This document shows, piece by piece, positions 27,155 to 34,519 of a stretch of DNA of 47,086 bases. The notes under the pieces were generated by a model, which was not told where the DNA came from, made no database searches, and worked only from the letters and a program-made list of their open reading frames with translations. How positions within the stretch are numbered: position 1 is the stretch's first letter; each line of letters begins with the position of its first letter. The stretch is from positions 1-47,086 of IMG/VR virus record IMGVR_UViG_3300017747_003232; one strand, written 5' to 3'. The DNA is from a virus (lineage: Duplodnaviria; Caudoviricetes). Position numbers and translations under genes: made by a program.

Positions 27155-27616
27155 CTATTGCGTCTCTACGTCTTGTGAGACTGAGGTGGATACCTCGGCG
27201 TTATCCTTCACGTCTTGTTGAATCAACGTGAGTAGGTGGTCCCTGGTCTCTATGCCAAGCTCACTCGCAAGAACCCTAGCGACAGACTCCAGAATGCCGG
27301 CGACGCGATGTTCTACGGTATGAGTGATGACTTCTTTGGGGATACCGATGTCTAGGACCGCTTTGGCAGCGCTTTGACGCACCGTGGGATAGATCGTGGC
27401 TCCGTCAGCAGATACGCCCCTTGCCTGGTCTATCAGGATATCGAGCATAGCCTCAGCATTTGCAGCCGCTTTGGCTTTGGCCCTCAGGCTAGGTCTACCG
27501 GGGCCAGGGACATGATTTGGGCTAGGACCACGCCATAGAGTTCCCCCGTGAGACTGAGGCACAAGTTCCCCGAGCTTATCCCCGGGCTTTTGCACTTCCG
27601 ATTGTATAGCGCTCAT
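27155..27616 (-). CDS. terS: Putative terminase small subunit
   Basis: VPQSHGG...PGPGRP N-terminus and RQSAAKAVLDIG helical motif; first gene of the late strand, upstream of terL. Confidence 0.6.
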   Translation of the reverse strand: MSAIQSEVQKPGDKLGELVPQSHGGTLWRGPSPNHVPGPGRPSLRAKAKAAANAEAMLDILIDQARGVSADGATIYPTVRQSAAKAVLDIGIPKEVITHTVEHRVAGILESVARVLASELGIETRDHLLTLIQQDVKDNAEVSTSVSQDVETQ

Positions 27617-27714
27617 AGGTCATTCCTGTCTACTGGTTTGACGTTCATCAGGTGGACATTGTAGGCTGTTTTTTGAGATTCTTTTGCTTTTGGGTCTATT
27701 CCTAGGTTTTACCG

Positions 27715-27723
27715 TGCTATCAT
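27715..27723 (+). promoter_or_regulatory. Extended -10-like element of the early cluster
   Basis: TGCTATCAT in a T-rich divergent intergenic region, 9 nt before ATG 27733. Confidence 0.4.
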
Positions 27724-27732
27724 TGGAATGTT

Positions 27733-27927
27733 ATGACTATCATCTGCAACGCTTCCAACCTTGATCATCTGTACGCTTCCCGTGATTCGCTTCGCGCTGA
27801 ACTTGAATCTGCCGAGCGGTGTGACCCTAGATTTGAGCGCTATCACGCGTTGGATCATGCCATTAAGACTTACTTGGGAATGAATCTTCAAGGCAAGTCT
27901 CATGATCCTTGGGACTTCAAGGCTTAA
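27733..27927 (+). CDS. Early hypothetical protein
   Basis: First ORF of the plus-strand cluster. Confidence 0.55.
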   Translation: MTIICNASNLDHLYASRDSLRAELESAERCDPRFERYHALDHAIKTYLGMNLQGKSHDPWDFKA

Positions 27928-27963
27928 TCTTCCCTTCCCTCTGAACTTTGGAGAATATGAACT

Positions 27964-28221
27964 ATGAACAAACGCGAGATTCCAAACGGATACAAACAGA
28001 TCAACATCACCCAAGCCCGGAAACTTTGGGGCACGGGTGCCGAGATTACGGTCTATCCCAATAACGTCAACAGCTACCATGTTTTTGGCGGCTGGCATCT
28101 TGGGTGCACTGCTGATGAGGACCGTCAAGCTGAATCTACTTTTGATGAGTTCCACAATGCCTGGCTTAGCTACCTTGATTCTGAGCTTGGGCGTTATGGC
28201 GTCTGGCTTATCCCTGCCTGA
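27964..28221 (+). CDS. Conserved phage early hypothetical protein
   Basis: GGAGA RBS; QINITQARKLW...FDEFHN...ELGRY pattern. Confidence 0.65.
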   Translation: MNKREIPNGYKQINITQARKLWGTGAEITVYPNNVNSYHVFGGWHLGCTADEDRQAESTFDEFHNAWLSYLDSELGRYGVWLIPA

Positions 28222-28251
28222 CTTTCCTTTATTGATTGGAGATAGAACCTT

Positions 28252-28461
28252 ATGAAAACCCGAAAACCTAGACTTACCCAATGCTCCGAATGCTCGTATC
28301 CATACGCTGGCGACGGTTGTACCAATCCGGCATGCTATGCCAATCCCAAGGTTAGCGACGCTACCAAAGCCATAGGGCGTGAGCGTGACGCCATCCGCAA
28401 AGCTGAAGAAGCCGAACGTCAACGGATTCGTGATATTCAAGCCTCTATGCGCTCGCGCTAA
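28252..28461 (+). CDS. Small Cys-containing (zinc-binding) protein
   Basis: CSEC...CTNPAC; GGAGA RBS. Confidence 0.6.
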   Translation: MKTRKPRLTQCSECSYPYAGDGCTNPACYANPKVSDATKAIGRERDAIRKAEEAERQRIRDIQASMRSR

Positions 28462-28507
28462 CACTCCCTCATTTTACCCTGTTTAAACCTATTAGGAATC
28501 TAAAACC

Positions 28508-29140
28508 ATGAAAACACTAACCATTGAGAAAACTATTTTTGACTTCACTGAACTGTCAGAATCCGCCCAAGATAGGGCCATTCAAGACTACGCTCAAGAC
28601 TTCGGATCTTCCGGTTATGAATGGGAGTTCGTATACGATGATTTTGTGTCCATCGCCGATATCTTGGGAGTTGATATCAAGATTCGGAACGGGGGCTCAA
28701 GCTCCCTGAGACGGGCTATCTACTGGTCCGGCTTCTGGTCTCAAGGTGACGGCCTGGCATTCGAGTCCCATTATCGCTACGCTAAGGGAAGCTGCAAGGC
28801 CATTCGGGCATATGCCGGGACGGATACCGAACTCCACCGGATAGCGGATGAACTGCGTAAGGCTCAAAAGAGGGCATTCTACCGTCTCACTGCCACAACG
28901 GAAGCGGATAGAAACTATATGCGCGTTGAAGTCTCATGTACCGATCACCGGGGTTATGAGGGTTACGCTGAAGTGCCAGACGGCGCTGCCGATGATATCA
29001 CAGACGCATTGCGGGACCTCGCCTCATGGATGTACCGAACGCTTGAGCGTGAGTATGAATACCAAACATCGCGTGAAGCATTCATTGATATGTGCGACGC
29101 TAATGAATGGCAGTTCAATGAGGACGGATCTTTAGCCTAA
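28508..29140 (+). CDS. Conserved acidic phage/plasmid early protein (family often labelled 'antitoxin of toxin-antitoxin stability system'; function unproven)
   Basis: IYWSGFWSQGDG, ELHRIADEL, ALRDLASWMYRTLEREYEY and ANEWQFNEDG motifs. Confidence 0.7.
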   Translation: MKTLTIEKTIFDFTELSESAQDRAIQDYAQDFGSSGYEWEFVYDDFVSIADILGVDIKIRNGGSSSLRRAIYWSGFWSQGDGLAFESHYRYAKGSCKAIRAYAGTDTELHRIADELRKAQKRAFYRLTATTEADRNYMRVEVSCTDHRGYEGYAEVPDGAADDITDALRDLASWMYRTLEREYEYQTSREAFIDMCDANEWQFNEDGSLA

Positions 29141-29225
29141 CACCGTATCGGGAAGTTTGAACGCTTCCCCGGAGGGCCTTAATGGGGCCTTGCGGGGAGT
29201 CTGACAAGACTTCGGAGAATGAACT

Positions 29226-29504
29226 ATGCAAACAGCCAGAACCGAAACTAACACCGTTGACGTGATTTTCAGAACCGAAAAGAAGGGCCAGTTCAAAGGC
29301 GAGGTTACCGCCGTCTTCCCGGGCATGTATGAAGGGCCAGGACGGTGCACGTGCTACATCCATGTGGGCCAGCACGGTACATGCTGCCGAGATTGGTACA
29401 GAGAGACAAGACCAGCGACAAAAGCCGAGTATGCGCCGTTGCTACGTGAACTGCGCTCGATTGGTTACGATGATTTGAGGATCATTCAACGCTGGAGATA
29501 CTAA
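29226..29504 (+). CDS. Conserved phage early hypothetical protein (HVGQH family)
   Basis: VIFR...GEVTAVFP...YIHVGQH...PAT.AEY..LLREL..IGY; GGAGA RBS. Confidence 0.7.
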   Translation: MQTARTETNTVDVIFRTEKKGQFKGEVTAVFPGMYEGPGRCTCYIHVGQHGTCCRDWYRETRPATKAEYAPLLRELRSIGYDDLRIIQRWRY

Positions 29505-29580
29505 CACCGTGGGAGCCCTACCAGTTCCCCAAAGCCTGCGGGGTTTTGGGGAACTCTATACAGTTCCGGAGATAAAATCA

Positions 29581-30441
29581 ATGAAAACTAGCACCGCTTT
29601 AATCAACGCGCCGACACTCAAAACCACGATTCATTGCTACCGCTTTGATATCTCTAGCCCGTCCGATCTGGCTGCGTGGGAAGGGCTGCGCGCCGACCTG
29701 AAAAAGACGCGCCGATGCTTCAACGTTCTCGCCGACCCAAAGGGCCTGACAGATAAACCCATTCGGAACCTTGACGGCCAAACGGTGGAACTCGAATGCA
29801 AACACCTGTTTGAAGATCAATGGAACTCCGCACCGCTTCCCGGATTTGAGAACGGGCTCCGGCTTCATGACTGGTATGAGGGAATTTATCCGAACGCAAA
29901 AATCAAAACCGGCTATTGGCTTGAGCTAACACCGGAGATTCAAGCCATTCGGAGGGACGTTCTAAAGTGCGGCTACTGTGGCAATCAGGAATGGGCCAAA
30001 GACGCGCCGACGTTCTGCACCCAGTGCATCGGGGCCGTACACCTCAAAGAGTCCGATTTGCCGCTTTTGCGCCTCATGCCGGTCGCTACTCGATTCGGAA
30101 CCAAACGGGCTCCACTGACAGAAGCCGAAGCCGCCGAACTCATTCCAGCGTTCGTACATGCCCAAACCGTAAGCAAAGAGACGGCGGCAGGACGTGCCAG
30201 GGAAGCCACATACGTTCGCATACTCAAAGATCGGGATAACACCGTATCGAACGCTAATGACCAATACGACGGGCTCAAATGGATTCTAGACAAGGGCCTA
30301 ACGCTTGAGAATGTAATCTTCTACAACCATACCGGGACGTTCTGCGTTGGCTGGCGCAAGCCCCTAGGGGAAGCCGAAGCCGCTGTATGGTTTGACTTGC
30401 TTGACGGCTTCCCCTTCCCCGTGGAGGTTAAGAGGGCCTGA
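29581..30441 (+). CDS. Hypothetical protein with a central zinc ribbon
   Basis: CGYCG...FCTQC; GGAGA RBS before ATG 29581. Confidence 0.65.
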   Translation: MKTSTALINAPTLKTTIHCYRFDISSPSDLAAWEGLRADLKKTRRCFNVLADPKGLTDKPIRNLDGQTVELECKHLFEDQWNSAPLPGFENGLRLHDWYEGIYPNAKIKTGYWLELTPEIQAIRRDVLKCGYCGNQEWAKDAPTFCTQCIGAVHLKESDLPLLRLMPVATRFGTKRAPLTEAEAAELIPAFVHAQTVSKETAAGRAREATYVRILKDRDNTVSNANDQYDGLKWILDKGLTLENVIFYNHTGTFCVGWRKPLGEAEAAVWFDLLDGFPFPVEVKRA

Positions 30442-30530
30442 TTTTCAAAGACCTGGCCGGGTAACACCGGCCTATATATAGAGACGTATCTTCAGACTCA
30501 TTTGAACCTACTATAACACCGGAGAATATC

Positions 30531-30746
30531 ATGATTTCAAACACTTTTCTAGACATCGCACAGACCGCTATCGACCGCTACGGTTACGATTCTGAGGGGT
30601 TCCACATCTACATTCAAGACGCCGCTGACACATTCTGCGCATACATGGGGCTACCTGGGTTCCAACATGCCGCCGCAACCCAAAGGGCCGCGAGGGACAT
30701 CTACAAACTCGCTGACCGCATCGCAACCCGTGAGGCTGCGGCATGA
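30531..30746 (+). CDS. Hypothetical protein
   Basis: TAACACCGGAGAATATC-ATG start. Confidence 0.6.
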   Translation: MISNTFLDIAQTAIDRYGYDSEGFHIYIQDAADTFCAYMGLPGFQHAAATQRAARDIYKLADRIATREAAA

Positions 30747-30838
30747 CACCCAAACAGACCCGCATTGCAGACACCCTCTGTACCGCTGCCCTTTGCATCG
30801 TGGCCGTCTGGTTGCTTTGCTTCCTGACTACTTTGTAA
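30743..30838 (+). CDS. 31-aa single-TM micropeptide (not in the ORF track)
   Basis: MTPKQTRIADTLCTAALCIVAVWLLCFLTTL; ATGA coupling and GAGG RBS; its stop is the TAA of an octamer copy. Confidence 0.55.
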   Translation: MTPKQTRIADTLCTAALCIVAVWLLCFLTTL

Positions 30839-30855
30839 CACCGGAGAATAAGACC

Positions 30856-31074
30856 ATGAAAACAACCTACGCCGTCCACACTTACCACCCATCCGGGTGC
30901 CGATCTTGCGACACGCTCCCACGATCCAAACGTGAAGCCATCCGGTACGCCCGCTGGTTTCAATCTCAAGCCAAATGGCCGAAGGTTGAAGTCGTGCGAG
31001 TCTCGCCGTCTGACTTTTTGCGCCCGGTAGCGTCTAGACCGACGCTCACGCTCAGAGGTGTAACACCGGCATGA
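30856..31074 (+). CDS. Hypothetical protein
   Basis: GGAGA RBS; MKTTYAVH start. Confidence 0.6.
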   Translation: MKTTYAVHTYHPSGCRSCDTLPRSKREAIRYARWFQSQAKWPKVEVVRVSPSDFLRPVASRPTLTLRGVTPA

Positions 31075-31262
31075 TCGGCACCGCTGAAATCGCCAAGCGG
31101 TTGAACGTATGCCCTCAGCGGGTGTACCAACTCATCGCCAATGGCACCATTAAGGCCCAACAAGGGCGGTATAGAGTTTATTCCGTAACACCGGAGGAGA
31201 TGGAGAGGGTGCAAGCTCTTTACCGTCCCTCTGGACGACCTCGAAAGGAGAACCAATCATGA
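31071..31262 (+). CDS. Excisionase/MerR-type winged-HTH protein
   Basis: IGTAEIAKRLNVCPQRVYQLIANGTIKA with a C-terminal GRPRK AT-hook-like tail. Confidence 0.75.
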   Translation: MIGTAEIAKRLNVCPQRVYQLIANGTIKAQQGRYRVYSVTPEEMERVQALYRPSGRPRKENQS

Positions 31263-31525
31263 CCACCGAAGCCACCTATAGCCGCCTCTCTGATGAGATC
31301 TCGGCCTACTCGTGCCACCTTCACCATACATTCAACGGGGAGGTCATCCAAGATGGCCCGTTCCCCCTTGAAGGGCTGATGGGAGATTGTTCGCTCTCGG
31401 ATTACCGCGAGTACATGGAAGTGGAGCATGGGTACACCCTGGCTTACATAACACCGAAGCCGTCAGCGAACCTACTCGCAACCTGGGTGAAGGGTGGGCG
31501 CAAATACACAATAGCGTTCGCCTAA
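31259..31525 (+). CDS. Hypothetical protein
   Basis: AGGAG RBS; ATGA coupling. Confidence 0.6.
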   Translation: MTTEATYSRLSDEISAYSCHLHHTFNGEVIQDGPFPLEGLMGDCSLSDYREYMEVEHGYTLAYITPKPSANLLATWVKGGRKYTIAFA

Positions 31526-31541
31526 CACTGCCCCATTCTAT

Positions 31542-31571
31542 AGCCCTGTGCGACCCGTACAGGGCTTTTCT
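31542..31571 (+). terminator. Intrinsic terminator ending the early cluster
   Basis: AGCCCTGTGCG-ACC-CGTACAGGGCT followed by TTTCT. Confidence 0.65.
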
Positions 31572-31685
31572 GTGCGTTTGGCACTTCAGATACGGAGAAG
31601 CCCCCTCGGTTTCCCTTGGAGGCTTGTGAACCAATGAACCAATCACATCTTCAGCAGATGCTTGACTAACACCGGAGATTATACA

Positions 31686-31976
31686 TCATGTCCCGCGATT
31701 AAAGCGAACATTTGGAGCCTGTTGGCGAACTTCCATGAACTGCCTCTGGCTTGGGCCGTCAATGGCTTTCGATTCTTGGTTTTCAACATCCAACCCGTAC
31801 ATGTGCATACCGTTGCACTGATCGCATCGGACCCACCCATACAACACCGTTGATTGCTTCTTGAGAAGGGCATAGAGAGCGAATGGGATGGTTGCTAGAT
31901 TCTCGTGGTCATCCTTCCCGCCCGTGACCTTGATTGGCTTTGCGAACCCTTGGGGATGGATGAGTTTCGTTTCCAT
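31686..31976 (-). CDS. Hypothetical protein with CDQC motif
   Basis: METKLIH start 2 nt after the upstream stop. Confidence 0.5.
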   Translation of the reverse strand: METKLIHPQGFAKPIKVTGGKDDHENLATIPFALYALLKKQSTVLYGWVRCDQCNGMHMYGLDVENQESKAIDGPSQRQFMEVRQQAPNVRFNRGT

Positions 31977-31978
31977 CG

Positions 31979-32170
31979 CTATCCGTTCAATGCTGTCAAT
32001 CCAGCACCAGTGAGGAAACCGCCGAGCATTCCCTCTAACACCCGGAACAGACACAACTTGTAGTCGAAGGCCACGTTGGGATCTTCTGATCGGGCTCTAA
32101 CATACGCGCCGAAGTCGATGCGGGCAGCGGTTGCGCCCATGACTAGGATCGGGATTAAATATGTCTTCAT
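31979..32170 (-). CDS. Small membrane protein (holin-like)
   Basis: Two hydrophobic segments; downstream of the endolysin. Confidence 0.5.
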   Translation of the reverse strand: MKTYLIPILVMGATAARIDFGAYVRARSEDPNVAFDYKLCLFRVLEGMLGGFLTGAGLTALNG

Positions 32171-32212
32171 GTTCGTCTTTTAGGTTCTAGGGTAGGTATT
32201 ACACATATTCTC

Positions 32213-32292
32213 TGCGACCCCCGCCCCTTATGCCGATCTTGCCCCCGAAGGAGTTATGAGTACGAGCAGACGGGAATGAAGCGGGGATCGCA
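32213..32292 (-). ncRNA. Candidate structured RNA element within the lysis operon
   Basis: 15-bp closing stem with 3 G-U pairs on the minus strand; internal CUCC-UUCG-GGGG hairpin. Confidence 0.45.
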
Positions 32293-32298
32293 AAACTG

Positions 32299-32535
32299 TT
32301 ACGCGCCGTCCTCTGATGCGAACCGGGACAACAACTCGTTAAGCAACGCCAACAACTCGTCAATCTGGTCGGCATACTCGGTTCGGTTTGTCGCTTGGAG
32401 TTGAGCGATCCTGCCGGCTACTTCAGCTTCGGTGTCGATGTCACCGCCGACTAAGCCGCCCAAACTACCGATAACAGCGGCGAGGTTGGCCCATAGGACG
32501 AGGATCTCATATTGGAGTTGTGCTGTGGTCTTCAT
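32299..32535 (-). CDS. Hypothetical protein with a hydrophobic N-terminal segment
   Basis: ILVLWANLAAVIGSLGGLVGG; ATGA coupled. Confidence 0.55.
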   Translation of the reverse strand: MKTTAQLQYEILVLWANLAAVIGSLGGLVGGDIDTEAEVAGRIAQLQATNRTEYADQIDELLALLNELLSRFASEDGA

Positions 32536-32876
32536 TTCAGTCCGTGTTGCTTCTTGTAAACCTTCATTTGTTCGTGGATGATTGCCTTTTGGCGGTTATC
32601 ATCCGTGCTTGCGATCCCGACGAGGAACCCCTGGACTCGTATCTCATGACCGAGTGCCACCTTTTGGGCTTCGAGTTCAAGCCGGACAGTGCTTTCGATT
32701 TCAAACGCGATTTTCCGCGCAATAAGCGCACAGCCAGCGATGGTTGCGCCGCTTGCCATGACGACGCCGAGGATGATGCAGAGAGCTTGCTTGCGGGGCG
32801 GGGGCCGAGCGTCCCGCTGGTCCATGACATCAAGTTTCTCGATGATCTTGTCGAGCTTGTCGATTGCGTCATGCAT
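32532..32876 (-). CDS. Single-TM membrane protein (lysis accessory candidate)
   Basis: ALCIILGVVMASGATIAGCALIA; AGGGG RBS. Confidence 0.55.
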   Translation of the reverse strand: MHDAIDKLDKIIEKLDVMDQRDARPPPRKQALCIILGVVMASGATIAGCALIARKIAFEIESTVRLELEAQKVALGHEIRVQGFLVGIASTDDNRQKAIIHEQMKVYKKQHGLK

Positions 32877-33243
32877 TCCCCTTACGTCCCATTGCGTCTA
32901 TCTTCTGCTCGATGCGACTTGCGATGTTCTCAAGTTTGCGCTCGATGTCAGATGCCCGCTGGTCAACTCGGGCGATGGCTTGCATCGTGTTAGCGTGACG
33001 CTCGTCGGCAATCGCCCAACGTCGCGCCGCTTCCTCGTTCCGCTCGTGGTACATCGTGATCGCTTGCGTCCGATCTTCCGACCATGACACGAGCTTGGCG
33101 AGTGCGATATGATCTTGCGCCCGCTCTTTAATCCAGTCGCTGTGTTCTTTTGAGAGGATGTACTGGCGAATCAGGAAGCCGACGAAAGCGAGGGTTTGGA
33201 CCCCAAGGAATATCAACAGCGCATCGCTGACGCCCGGTATCAC
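32869..33243 (-). CDS. N-terminal TM plus coiled-coil protein (holin/lysis accessory candidate)
   Basis: ALLIFLGVQTLAFVGFLI followed by heptad repeats; GAGAGG RBS. Confidence 0.55.
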   Translation of the reverse strand: MIPGVSDALLIFLGVQTLAFVGFLIRQYILSKEHSDWIKERAQDHIALAKLVSWSEDRTQAITMYHERNEEAARRWAIADERHANTMQAIARVDQRASDIERKLENIASRIEQKIDAMGRKGNA

Positions 33244-33350
33244 CGATCGAACCTCTCAATGTTCCGTAGTGGCCGAACCTCTTCGGCAGTCAAGATGATG
33301 ATCTTGTAAAACCCGTAGATGATGGCCGCGCCGTAGAGAATGAAGTCCAT
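33240..33350 (-). CDS. 36-aa membrane micropeptide (not in the ORF track)
   Basis: MDFILYGAAIIYGFYKIIILTAEEVRPLRNIERFDR; TGATG overlap with the endolysin stop and GTGA overlap with the next start. Confidence 0.55.
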   Translation of the reverse strand: MDFILYGAAIIYGFYKIIILTAEEVRPLRNIERFDR

Positions 33351-33892
33351 CAGAGCTCACCGAATCCCCATGACCAAAACCGCCGATGCCGAAGCCGTCG
33401 ATACATTCCGTCGCCGTCTCTCTGGCTACCCGCTTCACCCGGTCCGGTATTGCCTTCGATACTCCAGAGCATCCCGAGCGGTAGCACCTTGACCACGATT
33501 CCAATATGGCCCTTGCCACCGCCCGAGTTCTTCATGCAGACCATACCGCGTTGAGCGTATTTTCTGTCCCAGTTGCGCTGCCGCCCTATAAACCAATCAT
33601 CCCAGTTCCGTACCGCAGCAGGAGCCGCAGGGTGACCAACTTCCGCAACCTTGCAAGCGAACGTCAATGCAGACGCGCACCAGGGGTTACCAGGAGCCAC
33701 ACCGGCGGAGTCCAAGAATGCTTCGACCCATTGACCTCGGTTGGTTCCGAGTTCCCGAACCTTGACAGCATCGCATAACCACGCCATGCAAAGCAGAACC
33801 CGTTCGCCGTTTGGAAACTTGGCGTAACCGGGATACTTTTGCTCCATCACCTTACGGGTGGAGGCTATCAAGGCTTCGGTGCTGGGTTTCAT
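33350..33892 (-). CDS. CHAP-domain endolysin
   Basis: VRELGTNRG, NPWCAS (catalytic Cys), GHIGIV (His) and IEGNT. Confidence 0.85.
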   Translation of the reverse strand: MKPSTEALIASTRKVMEQKYPGYAKFPNGERVLLCMAWLCDAVKVRELGTNRGQWVEAFLDSAGVAPGNPWCASALTFACKVAEVGHPAAPAAVRNWDDWFIGRQRNWDRKYAQRGMVCMKNSGGGKGHIGIVVKVLPLGMLWSIEGNTGPGEAGSQRDGDGMYRRLRHRRFWSWGFGEL

Positions 33893-33897
33893 GGGCG

Positions 33898-34191
33898 CTA
33901 ATCGTTGTCGTAGACTCGGAAGCCCATCTTTACGGGGCCTTCGCCGCCGAGCAGTAACGAGGCAACATCGGCAGGGATTGCGAGGTCGGCCTTTGCGATC
34001 TCGGAGACGATAATCTCGTTCACCTGATCCAGCCGAGCGATTACCACGTCCGCAACCTCGGCGGGGATTCGATATTCAAACAACGTCTTGTGTCGGTCTA
34101 CCGGCTGTGTGTCTTTGCCGAGTCGCTTGGGTCCACGTCGGTCGGCTGTATCTACGTTGCCTTGATAGGCTTGAAACTTTACATCTGGCAT
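33898..34191 (-). CDS. Hypothetical protein
   Basis: AGGAG RBS; 97 aa. Confidence 0.6.
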   Translation of the reverse strand: MPDVKFQAYQGNVDTADRRGPKRLGKDTQPVDRHKTLFEYRIPAEVADVVIARLDQVNEIIVSEIAKADLAIPADVASLLLGGEGPVKMGFRVYDND

Positions 34192-34205
34192 ATTTGGTTC
34201 TCCTG

Positions 34206-34239
34206 AAAAACTGGGGCCGAGTGTAGGCGCTACGGCCCC
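34206..34239 (-). terminator. Intrinsic terminator-like hairpin downstream of the replication gene
   Basis: GGGGCCG...CGGCCCC followed by AGTTTTT on the minus strand. Confidence 0.5.
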
Positions 34240-34329
34240 GAGGTGAAGGATTTGTTGTTTGCGCTTTAAGTCTAGCTTACTAGACGGGTTTTGTCAAGGA
34301 TTGGATTCTCGGTTACGATTTGGGGTGTC

Positions 34330-34519
34330 CCTCGCGCGCGCACACGTAGAACCGGGCCAATCAGGAAGACTGTAGGAAGTATGGCCTTCCCCATACTTCC
34401 TGGTTTCATACTTCCTGATGCCGATAGGTTCAAACCTCCATACTTACTAACAAAATTGAGTCCCCACGCGCGCGCGCGTATACTTCCTGAAACCCGGAAG
34501 TATGGGGGCATTCTTCCTA
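34330..34519. repeat. Putative replication origin: ATACTTCC iterons in both orientations plus (CG)n runs
   Basis: Forward copies at 34391, 34407, 34438 (variant), 34479 and 34509 (variant); inverse GGAAGTATGG at 34375 and 34496. Confidence 0.7.

Larger units (their letters stand above)
29138..31674 (+). repeat. Dispersed co-oriented octamer TAACACCG, 12 exact copies
   Basis: Starts at 29138, 29249, 29502, 29927, 30237, 30462, 30514, 30836, 31061, 31186, 31449 and 31667. Confidence 0.92.

Noticed and set aside
27709-28464. 251-aa minus-strand ORF and other long antisense ORFs (e.g. 20865-21617, 5732-6319)
   Set aside because: They are shadows of well-supported opposite-strand genes, with no RBS or motifs.
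29138-31674. Octamer series as a CRISPR mini-array or lambda-type operators (it matches the start of lambda OR2, TAACACCG)
   Set aside because: The repeats are only 8-9 nt, irregularly spaced and inside genes, and there is no symmetric second half-site as CI/Cro operators require.
29138-31674. Octamer as merely part of the RBS (CCGGAGA)
   Set aside because: Only about three copies lead into a GGAGA RBS with a start codon. Five are followed by T or A, and six are intragenic.
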